Origin: Girardia tigrina
Lineage: Eukaryota
Reading direction: 5' to 3'
Assembly (NCBI GenBank): GCA_001938485.1
Contig: MQRK01228804.1
Span: forward strand, 2,910-63,110
DNA: 60,201 nucleotides
Made by a program: the position numbers and the translations under genes. This document shows positions 49,786 through 60,201 of the stretch, piece by piece. The notes under the pieces were generated by a model. The model had not been told where the DNA came from. It did no database searches and saw only the letters and a list, made by a program, of their open reading frames with translations. Every line of letters starts with the position of its first letter. Position 1 is the stretch's first letter.

Positions 49786-52084
49786 TAGTGCCCCCCAGTA
49801 AACCGCGGCTGGATGTATGGATCCCAAATTTTTTTTATTTGTTGGCGTTTTTTAAACCTGATATTATTATTAAAACACGGCAATAATACATAACAATGCT
49901 TATATAAATTTTATTTATTGTTATAATTTTTAAAAAACTACAATATAAAATAATTTTATGTTTTAAGAAAAATTTATGGTTCATCTATTGTTTGAGAATC
50001 GAACAAGAATTTCTTTTCGTGAGTTGGTGATGGAATTCCGTCGCAACCAAGCCGTTTTGTTTTTTTGTTTTAGATTAAATTATGTAAAAAAATTTAATAG
50101 TTAGAAATTTTATATGTTAATTATTTAGATTTAATTTATTAACTTATTATTATTGTAAATAGAAAAATGTAGGTTAAAATTGTATTATGAATTGCCTTGT
50201 TTTAATGTATTATTTATTATATAGTTTTGAGAGAATAAAAATTACTAAGCAATATTGATTTTTGTATTGGCTTTTATTATCATTGTTAAAAGTAAAAATA
50301 AAATAAATGAGAACTGGATCTTATCCAACGAAATCGAAGCGCGAGATGTCTTTCGAGAATGTTCACAAGATAAATTTGTCTTTGAATTTGAAAGATTCTT
50401 CGAATGATTATCTTTCTGACATTAAACAATTTTTCAAGTCCAACAGTGGAAATTCAACCGATATTCCACAATTAGATGCTCTTTTCCTAGGACTTGGTCA
50501 AGATGAACATACAGCCTCTCTGTTTCCAAATCACCGATTGTTGAAGGATACTGAAAATCTTATTGCTTGCTTTGACGATAGTCCAAAACGTCCCATTGGG
50601 AAATTGAAAGCAGAAATTGTCAAGAATTGTATCAATGATTTCAAACTTGGTGATTGTACAGAAAATTGCGAAAGAAATACGGTCCTTTTAAGGACAAAAA
50701 CTGATAATTGAGTGCTATACAGTGATGAGTTGGGAAGACGGAGTCGCGGTGCAGAGTTGCGGCGGGAGTCTGAGCGCTTTTGCTCTCTGAAGGTTAGAAA
50801 CGGTAAAATTTATCTCGGAGCAAATTCGGCATCTCCGAGGATAGGGTGCGGCAACCTCGCTACGAAGATCGTTGAACGATCAGGTTGGGGTTTAGTTTTC
50901 ACCCCGGAATGTTTTCGGTTACCATGATTTGTAAAATATAGATGATATAAATACTTCTTATAGTAAAATTTCCTTTCAAATCATATTCCTAATGAAAAAA
51001 AACATGAAATAGAAAATAAAAATTAAAATTGAAAATACTCGGTATTTTTTTAAAAATTTAAATTCGAAGCTACTACAAAAAATTATAATTTATGCATAAA
51101 AATTTGAAATTAATTAATTTGTTTAAATTGGTGTATTTATAATAAATTTTAAATTTTTCAGTCAAATTTATCTCTATCTGCTTCTGCAATATTCGAGCAA
51201 GTAAGTTAGTTGATGACATTCATATATGACATTCATTTCATTTTTTGGTTTTTAGAATGTCAAAGCGAAAGCACACTTCATTTTCAATTGAGCAAAAGCT
51301 AGCCATTATTGATCGCGTTAAAAAAGGTGAAACTAAAGCTGCAATTGGGAGAGAACTTGGATGTGGAGAGTCAACAATCATGGATTGGGTCAGAGATGAG
51401 CATAAAATTTGAGAGTTTATCTCCACCTTAGATGAGGACGTTGGTTTAAATCGCAAACGTCTTAGAACAGCAGAGAACGATGGTCTGGATGAATTTATCT
51501 GGCTCTGGTTTCAACAACAACAAGGAATGGGAGCCAATGGTACTCGAGAGGATAGTCCTAAAGATGATGACGATGGTGGAGTTGTGATTCCTGTTCCAAC
51601 TGCTGCAGAAGCCATCAAAGGAATTGAAATAGCAATCCTCTACTTTAAAACTAAGCCGAATAATTTTGCTAAGCTTCTCATGATGAACAGACTTATTTCT
51701 GATATCAAACTTCAAAATCAACCAAAACAGAAAAGAATCACAGACATTTTTCAAGTAAATACATAATAGACTAAACACTAACACAAAATGACTGTGATTA
51801 AATTTTACGACTTTATATTTAATTTGAATAAATAAATTTATTGGAACCGTCTTTAGTTTCAATTAATTCGCGGAGTTAAATACATATGAACCATTTTATT
51901 ATGAACCATTTGTATTTAGATATTTTTAAATAAGCGTTGAGTATGCTTATTTTGGATGTGTAACTGTCCTAAAATTTCATATTTTACAAATATGTAATTT
52001 TATACTGCTACAAATGCTAACTTTCAGTAAACCGCCGGTTAATTTAATGACTCCCAGCACCTGCGGTTTACTGGGGGTGCACTA
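49786..52084 (+). mobile_element. Tigger/pogo element, internally deleted, with an inserted cargo region
   Basis: TIRs tagtgccccccagtaaaccgc / gcggtttactgggggtgcacta inside (TA)n; 51257-51766 encodes a CENP-B-type HTH (MSKRKHTSFSIEQKLAII...RKRLRT...IWLWF) fused to the acidic tail ending QKRITDIF; DDE core missing. Confidence 0.9.
50307..50711 (+). pseudogene. PGLS: 6-phosphogluconolactonase fragment
   Basis: NVHKIN...NDY...IPQLDALFLGLGQDEHTASLFPNHRLL...DSPKRP matches the 6PGL motif P.FDL.LLG.G.DGHT.SLFP...DSPKPP; the RIT segment is missing and GKLKAEIV follows directly. Confidence 0.82.
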
Positions 52085-52868
52085 TATATATATTCATATT
52101 GTTCGGATATGAGAGATGTATGTGTGGTATAAATATACATACATACATAACATACCTGTTGTTATCGTTTTGTTAGTTAATTCAGATATGAAGTAAATCA
52201 AACAATAAAATAACGGATATGAAGTAAATTAAACAACAAAACGTCTAAATATATTTTTTATTGATTATTTAATTAATGTTATTAGCTTTCGCTATTGTTA
52301 GTGTTTAAAACAAATTATTTTTATATATAAAAATTTTGTACAGGAAAAAATCACTTAACATATTTTTTTACATTTTTTACATAAATAACACGTTCAAAAA
52401 AATAAACAATTTTTGTAAGTAACAATTTCAATCAACATTCATAAAAATAAACATATTTGAATTGAAAAATACATTATTATCTTTTGAACAACACAACACC
52501 TGTTTTCATATCTGGATGGCTCGTTCTTTATAATGCGTTAATGTGAACTCGGCTGCTGTTCGAAATGCAATTCAGATACCAAAATTTTCGATGTTTAGGA
52601 TAACGAATACATCAAAAACACGGACTACATAAACAAGTCCGGCAGTAACGACTCGGATTTAGCTGCATGGAAACCGTACTTTATTAATCACTACAGAATC
52701 ATGTCTGAATTTCCTCTGGGAATCCACTTTGGCTCACTAGAGAGACTTTGGAGCTTTGTGTTGTTGGTGCCCGATATTGACGAGTCGCTTTCAAATTTTT
52801 TGAAATCACGACAAAATTCCATTGAACTTGGTAAAGAAAAAGACCATGTTTAGATGTTTTGTTCTGAT

Positions 52869-53235
52869 AATAATGAAGCAATCTATGATATTTTAAAAAG
52901 AAAATTGGATATGGAAAAGTCGACCTATGCTAATTTGAATAGATTAGTAGGTAAAGTAATGAGTTCCAATACTAATTCTCTACATTTTGATGGAGCCATT
53001 TATGTTGATTTTACTGAGTCTCAAACCAATTTAGTTCCGTGTCCTCGTGTTCATTTCCCACCAGATACATTTGTGCTTGTTATATCAGCATAGAAGGTCT
53101 ATCATGAAGAACTGAGTGTTGCTGAGATTACCAGTGTGTTCTGAGCCTTCTAATTAAATGGCAAAATGTGATCCTCGTTATAGTAAAATATGGTGGGTTG
53201 TGTGCTTAATTATAGAGATCTCGTACCAGAATGAG
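52869..53235 (+). pseudogene. TUBA: Alpha-tubulin pseudogene fragment (about residues 205-327)
   Basis: [27 protein letters not shown]...[25 protein letters not shown]...VISA*KVYHEELSVAEIT...KCDPR; stops, frameshifts, no intron. Confidence 0.93.
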
Positions 53236-53821
53236 GAAAAGCTCACTTAAGAGCTATTAATTATGATTATTGGAGAAATGCAGAGGAAATAGATGTGATG
53301 AACTTTCAAGAAATACTGGCAATGATATAAAACCCTTGAGAGACGCCGAGACGTCTTAAGGTCACGCGGATAGGGACATCGTTATGAGCACAATACCAGA
53401 GCTTTCAGATATATATATCAAACGGAAATCCTTCTTAATTTTTTATATAGGATGCGTGTGTAAATGATTTGATTGAGCTGATATGAACGATCATATCAGT
53501 AGAAAGGATGATAGAAAAGCGAGCCATGAGTAACTTGTCTTGAGTGTCAAAATAATCATAAAGGAATTCTGAAACGAATCCCAAAATCCCACTTAATCAA
53601 GTCGAATGACTCGTAAAATAAATTCACGATACTACCATGATGATGAGCTAACGCACATATAATGAATATTCAAACTAATATTCGTTAAAAAATATTTTAA
53701 TGCATTTCCACAGATCATTTACAATTACTTTAAATTTTATAGAGTCAGTGGAGAAACCTGCCGTGCATTCAGAAAATCTGATAACTAATGCACGACGGGT
53801 ACATCCACTAGTACTATAATA

Positions 53822-54814
53822 CAGTGCGTTCAAAAAGTAACTGTGCACCTGCAATTTCAAAACAAGAACGATATCCTGTGTTCTAAAAATCAATAACAAA
53901 ATATTTTAAATAGTCAATTTTATGTGAAGAACAATGACCGTCTCTTAATTTATTAAAAATAACAAGAAAAGAGTCACAACAACTGCTGGAAATGCCCACC
54001 AAGTTCGTGAATACAAACGTTAATTCGAGTTTCAAGTTTTTGAACACTCGATAAATTTCCTCTTGGGTGATGGCTTCAATTTGGTGTAGGATGTTAACAC
54101 GTAGGTCTTGCAAAGTTTGTGGTTTGTTTCGGTAAACCTTTTGCTTTATCGCTCCCCACAGGTAAAAGTCCAAAACACTTAGATCTGTGGATCTTGTAAC
54201 AAGTAACACGATATGGATATAAGCTTAAAGTTTTCCTCACGGCGGCATGTGCAGTTCCAACGGATACACTCACTTCTTGAGATAAACGGCGCACTGACTT
54301 TGTTGAACTCTGGCTCATGGCTTTCGAAATAACATTGACTTTTTGCTCCGTTAAAATCGTTGGTCGACCTGAGCGGGAGGCATCATGAACGGATCAAGTT
54401 TCTCTGAACTTGTTCACTAACGCTCGAACTGCATTTCGATGAGGTATTGCTGTTGCGGGAAACTTTTCGGCAAATTTTTCCTTCACTGCTTCTGTGTATT
54501 CATCATTCGCACGAAAGACATGTTCGATCAAAAATATTCTCTCCTCCGTTGACAAAACCATTTTCAATTGGAATTAACTTCAGAATAAATTGACTTTCGT
54601 CAATGATTAGATTGAATATCAAAATGATATTTTTTTTTAAAAAAATTTAAAAAGCTCAGTGTCAAGGTCAAAGTGTGTAGGTATGTTTTTTGTTCACGAA
54701 TCTATTTCATAGTTCGATTTCATAGAAATTTGCATTTAAAAGTCTGCTACAATGCTGATTATCTAAAAATAAACCAGACAATGAAAGGTGCACAGTGACT
54801 TTCTGAACGCACTG
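53822..54814 (-). mobile_element. Internally deleted Tc1/mariner element (DUF4817/rosa-like)
   Basis: TIRs cagtgcgttcaaaaagtaactgtgcacct / aggtgcacagtgactttctgaacgcactg, TA TSD; ATG 54561 MVLSTEERIFLIE...RSGRP...SVRRLSQE...LYPYRV joined to RSTDLSVLDFYLWGAIK. Confidence 0.92.
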
Positions 54815-54869
54815 TACTTTAAATACATATGTATTTTAATCATACAATCCGCAAAATGTTATAATGTAT

Positions 54870-56596
54870 TTTTCGTCGGAAAGAATAAAGTTACACGCTG
54901 TGTAATGTGCATTTTTCAAAATTAAATCACAAGCAGCAGTTCAATCATTCAAACAAATTAATTATTAATTCTAATTCATTTTACACGCCCCATTACCCTC
55001 AGTGCACTCAGACATACCGAGTTTGAGCAACGGAGTATTCGTTCTCCACTTCTTCCAGCACTCGCACAGATATAATCATCAAAACGCACTGGTTGACGAA
55101 TCGCCATGCAGGGTCTCTTCTCCAATGAGTCCGTCTGTTGCAGTTTTGCATCCTCGTTCTCAGATTCATCTCTTTCGTCTTGTTCAAACTGCACCACACT
55201 ATTTTCTTCAGTTGCCTCATCCCTACCAACTTCATCTTCAAGTTCGGCTGCTGATGTCGGGTTCAATCTGCGAACATGACTGACTGATACGGAGTTCCGT
55301 CCACTTCCACCTGCTGCTGATGGCATCCCTGTCACTTTCGCACATTTCAACTGGGTAATGTATGTATTTCGGCGTGGGCTTGACGAATACTTCGTCTCTG
55401 ATTGCCAACTTCGAATATGTTCTGGCTCGCTGCTGCTCTGGCTGTACCTGAGAAAATGTCCTTGTTAGCAGCAGCCTACTTTAGTGTCGCGTTATACCAA
55501 GCGACCATTTCGTACACTTCTCTGCCGTTCCGCGAGACCATCCTTTTAATCGTACGGTAGCTCCGTTCCACAATGCCATTGCCGCTCAGATGGTTCACGC
55601 ATCGATATCTTGCTCAACCCCAGCTTTTTCCAGCAGGATCTTTATCCTTGCTCCTTTTAATGTTCTGAAATTATCTAAAAGGACTTCTTCTGGTGGTCCG
55701 AACTCCCACAAAATACTATTCATTGCAGCGTATATATCGGATTCGTTTTCTGAAGCACTCTGGCCCGCAATTCACGACTGTAAGGAATTTTACCGCCCCC
55801 ATGTGCTCCTCTTCTGCGACCTGTTTAAAAAGATTATTGCTGCGCCTGATTAATAAATCACTCAGCGCCTGAGATCTAATCTATCCCGCACCGGACACTG
55901 CATTCGTGAGCCACTAGCACACTGCAACCGAGTCTGTTAAAAGCACGATTTCTCTGAGTCCCATTTGATAAACCGGTTTGCCGCATTGAGTTCGGCCAAA
56001 TTTATGTTACTGTAATTTTCTTTTGGCCGGAGCCAGTAAGAATCTTCGACAATCTTTCCCCTCCCCCCGATCTTGACGCATACACCAATTGCCATTGAGC
56101 TGGTATCACACCACACTTTACCATTATCAGTCTTCGGAACTTCCCAAGGACCTCGAACTGGGTCTTCTGCTTAGATTCTCATTTACAATTGCTTTGCCAT
56201 TTGCAGTCGATTCCGGTTCAACCTTAGTATCCAAGTTTCGTCCTTCAGCGACAATCTTCATGATACGGCAAGTGGGCCTCAACCACCAGCACATTGGGTA
56301 ATGACCCACTAACCATCCAGTCCATACAAAAAGACTTCAGCGAGCTAGTTTATCTTTGAGTTCCGGAACATCGCCGTCACGCCTTCATTGAATCGTTCCT
56401 TTTGCCGCTGCTTTAACCGCCAATCCCAGGATGCGCACCGAATCTGTGAATTTTATCCCCTTCATCGATACCGCGAGAGCTGGTCGTCGGAAAGAATAAA
56501 GTTACACGCTGATTAATATACATTTTTAAAAATTAAATCACAAGCAGCAATTCAATCATTCAAACAAATGAATTATTAATTATAATTCATATTACA
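54870..56596 (-). mobile_element. Internally deleted Gypsy LTR retrotransposon with both 116-bp LTRs
   Basis: LTRs 54870-54985 and 56481-56596 (about 90% alike), TG..CA, 4-bp TSD GTAT, purine tract gagggtaatggggcg; RT end VRILGL, GHYP..WLR, RNase H IVEDS.WLR, integrase GNGIVER pieces. Confidence 0.93.
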
Positions 56597-57418
56597 GTAT
56601 TTTTTCGTAAAAAAATTTTGATGCCGACTAAGTGTGTTATCTTTTAAATTTATTCTAACTCGTACAATTAAGGGGTACCACAAATCCCTTTAACAAAACT
56701 TCTTTTATATAAAAAAAAGTTTCTCTTGTTTTTTTTATATTCAAAAAAATGAAGTAATATAAATCAACGATTTCTTAATATTTATCACATTAAAAAATTT
56801 TATTGCTGCTTCATTATTAAAATTAAATAAATGAATTTAGTCCTGAAAAATTAATTGTTTCCCAATTGTCAAATACCACTTAAATTATTTATTAAAACCA
56901 AAAGTAACATAATGAGTTAAACAAAATTTATAAATAAAATTGTCAATCGTTTTCTGTTTATTCATAAACAGTACGATTATTTATGTTTTCAATTATTATT
57001 CAGTAAATTCAACATAAAATTTCCTACCCTAAAATTTAGCAACAAATTGTTTTTGTAAACACTGAAATTAATTTTTGCTTTATAATCTCCACAAAAGTAA
57101 ATCAAAGTTGCAAATAATTAAACCGAAATTTTTGATTGATAAAGAATTTTTAAGCAAGGTAAAGGTATATCGGTTTCATAAACGAAGTACCTTCAAATCC
57201 CTTATAAAATAATTTTTGGGAAAGGTAAGGGAGGAAATTGCTAAATTGGAATATCATCTTTCTTTTTTATTTAAGAACAGGATAAATTTTATTTAATTCT
57301 ATATTAAACCATTATAGAGATGCACTATATTAAACCAGGACGCATGTGAGCAAATGATTTGAAATTTCTAAAATAGAGATAATTAATGTCTATGAGTAAT
57401 TACAGCTAATTTGAATAT

Positions 57419-58043
57419 AATCAGACTAAAAGAAGTGTCATTTCCAGACTGTCCTCATATGAGGACATGTATTCACGGAGAGAAAAAATTTACATATAAT
57501 TTTATATTTCGCTTGCTATAACACATTTATGGCAGATGATACGGCAAAAAGAAGACAACACATAACGTTACATCACAATTAATACAATAACTACGAGGCA
57601 TCGATTCACAGTCTTTACTTTGGCAATACCGCTAATTTGGACGGAGACAGATGAAATGACCAGTATTATCCAAGTGAATCACGTCTAATGGACAAGTATT
57701 CAGTATATACGGAGGTGGGTTTCTGCATATTTTGCAACCTCTTAACATAATTCTTAACATAAATAAGATAAAAATAATTTGAAAATTTGAAAAGTAAATA
57801 ATTTATAATTTTTGACAGTACTGCGATGTTTTCTTTTATCAACGATATATGTATCCGGGTTGTCCTTACATTCCTTCTCCTTCGGTATTATTGTGTCCTC
57901 AACCTTAGATCATAGTTTTTAGCAGTCTTCTTTTGCAATATCATCTGTCACAAATGTGTTATAGCAAGAGAAATATAAAACTTTTATATGTAATTTTTTT
58001 ATCTCAATGAACAGATGTCCTCATATGAAGACAGTCTGGAAAT
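57419..58043. mobile_element. MITE/foldback with ~140-bp TIRs
   Basis: aatcagactaaaagaagtgtcatttccagactgtc... and its reverse complement ...gacagtctggaaatgacacttcttttagtctgatt; outer ~35 bp perfect. Confidence 0.88.
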
Positions 58044-59680
58044 GACACTTCTTTTAGTCTGATTTTAACCAAATTATTATTTTACAATTGCTATCCCTCT
58101 CCCAAAACCACTGATGATTTCTAGCCTTCTCTACTCCTCTATAGTCTAACGGTTAGATATCTATGTACTCATTTGTTCTTCCGATACATTCCACTTCGAC
58201 ACGGCACTACTATATTCGTCATCAGGGTTCTAAGTATTTTGATGCAACATCCCTTCGAACTACTATCAACATTCGCCCTTGGGTTAACATTTCCACATTG
58301 ATACTCCACAGATAACATGTACCTTTGACTAGTATATTTAATTCATTATTCATTTATAGAGTCCACTAAAACCACTCCATGTGGACTAAACCGCAATTAA
58401 CAGTTCACATTCAGCCTTTAAATTTCTCAACCTCTGCCACACAACTATTTATGATAACAACCATTCATTTTTTCATTACTCTTTGTGTAAGACAGACGAC
58501 TTGTCTACAGAGCAACCAGCTATGTGGAAACACTTATATTTTTTCATGTCTTTTTTCTAATTTTGCCATTAAGGTTATTAATCAGTTTAACTGATTTTCC
58601 CATAAAAGTCGTCCATGAACGGATTACCTTGTAAACATCCATATATACGTATGTAGCGGGGACAATAGAATCACCAAGATTGCTTACTCCTTGGAGGTGG
58701 AAGATCCGACTCCACATATAACTCCTCAGAATGCCGTCATATCAAATATTTATTAGTGGAATAGTTACTAGGACATAATGCCTTCTTACTAACATCTTAT
58801 ATCCTTTAACTTGAAAATAGTAAGTCAATTATTTGACTAATTTGATATTGAAAATTTTTATTAAGTAAATTGTGGTACGGACAGCTGCATGGAGTAGCCA
58901 TGTTCGAGCCATTTAACCGTGGAGGGACCCACCCGCTCCAGATATGAGTGGAACTGCGCGTCCCCGTAATAATTAACCGGAACTGAGCTAGCGTCATATC
59001 AGTGCTTATCGATTTACGGTGCTCATTATCACAATCCAAGATTGAGAACGAACAATGGAAATCATTATCGAATTTATCGATTGATTTACCGACAGTACTT
59101 TGCACGTCGATATCCATTGAGAGTTACAAGAGACTGATAGAAAAAGAGAGAGAAAGAAATAAAAAAATCGCTAAAAATTCATACGAAGTTTTATTTTATT
59201 AAATCGTAGCAATGCTGTAAACAAATTTAAATCATTAACATAAACAATATTTTTAAAACACGACCATTTACTTAATTGTTTTTTGTTAATAAAATTGATG
59301 AAATGGCTGTTTTTTTGAAAATCACTCCACAGAAGTACCATATAAATACTTTAACTATTATTCTGTAACCTAATGTTAAATCCAAATAGTGTTTATGATT
59401 ATTTAGTTTCAATTTAAAAATCAATTATTTGAAAAAAATTAATATTATTATTAAAGAATTTGTTCTTCACATTTTCTTGTTTCTTAATGAAATAACAATT
59501 TTACGTAATGTGTCAACGAAGTTTCCGGCCTTTCTCAATTTAGCAACTATAAATCCACTGAAACTTAATTTTTTAATTACCAATAACAACACTTTCTAAA
59601 CAAATTATCACAGGTATTCAAAACAAATAATGGTGAAAGTAGGGAGAAAATGGGCATTCGGCCTACACCCCCCCCTAGCC

Positions 59681-59920
59681 GTAACCATGGCAACGATACC
59701 TGTTATCGCGGTTACCATGGCAACGGTCGCGATTACCATAGCAACGGTCGCGGTTACCATGACAACGGTCGCGGTTACCATAGCAACGGTCACGATTACC
59801 TTAGTTACGGTCGCGGTTACCATGGCAACGGTCGCGATCACCTTAGTTACGGTTGCTAAGGACCGTTGCTAAGGACCAGTAACCTGATCTAGGTTGCTAG
59901 GTGACCGTTACCATGGCAAC
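59681..59920. repeat. 21-bp tandem array (ggtcgcg-gttaccatggcaac) of X-box-like palindromes, probably the subterminal region of a TE
   Basis: Seven units with cores at 59711, 59732, 59753, 59774, 59795, 59816, 59837; extra cores at 59681 and 59907. Confidence 0.9.
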
Positions 59921-60201
59921 CGTTGCTAAGGGCCTTTTTATTGCTCCATTGGATAGCCCTCTTGCTAAGGAGTATATATTACTATGGGTTGCTAGGCAAA
60001 ATCTCAGGGTAACTATGAGTAATTGCACCGTAACTAAGTGCAAAAAATTTTAGAAAATCGATTATATCTCAGCTCCCATTCCTGTTGTAGACCTGAAAAT
60101 TGGCACACCGGGACAAGTTGATGTGCTGAATCCGAAAAATGTGAAATTATCGATTTCCAATAATATCGATTTTTTGAAATTTTCTACAAATCGATCACTG
60201 C

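Noticed and set aside
59681-59850. CRISPR-like array
   Set aside because: No unique spacers, eukaryotic context, no cas genes.
59608-59872. Repetitive ORFs (VATVAM / GRGYH)
   Set aside because: Translations of the 21-bp tandem repeat, open in several frames on both strands.

Overview
AT-rich animal (invertebrate-type) genomic DNA with GT-AG introns, several N gaps and a very heavy load of mostly decayed transposons; nothing prokaryotic. One intact host gene can be reconstructed by hand: a 7-exon NCOA5/Neosin-like gene on the minus strand (26088-12494, 1743-nt CDS, 580 aa; N-terminal RRM, RS/RD region, conserved NCOA5 core). Host-gene fragments: two tetraspanin-like pieces, an alpha-tubulin pseudogene, and a 6-phosphogluconolactonase fragment lying inside the TIRs of a Tigger/pogo element. 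Mobile elements: piggyBac, hAT (one nested in a Gypsy RT with a perfect 8-bp TSD), three Tc1/mariner elements with TIRs, an IS630/Tc1 remnant, MULE, Tigger, an RLE-type non-LTR element, RTE, a Penelope remnant with inverted hammerhead-bearing termini, three pieces of one Gypsy clade and many MITEs. Best leads: (1) two Gypsy elements share a non-TGG primer-binding site complementary to a tRNA 5' end; (2) metabolic-gene cargo inside a Tigger; (3) a nested TIR structure in NCOA5 intron 2 carrying an unrecognised ~150-codon frame; (4) a tandem array of RFX X-box palindromes. Family calls come from motif recall, not database searches.
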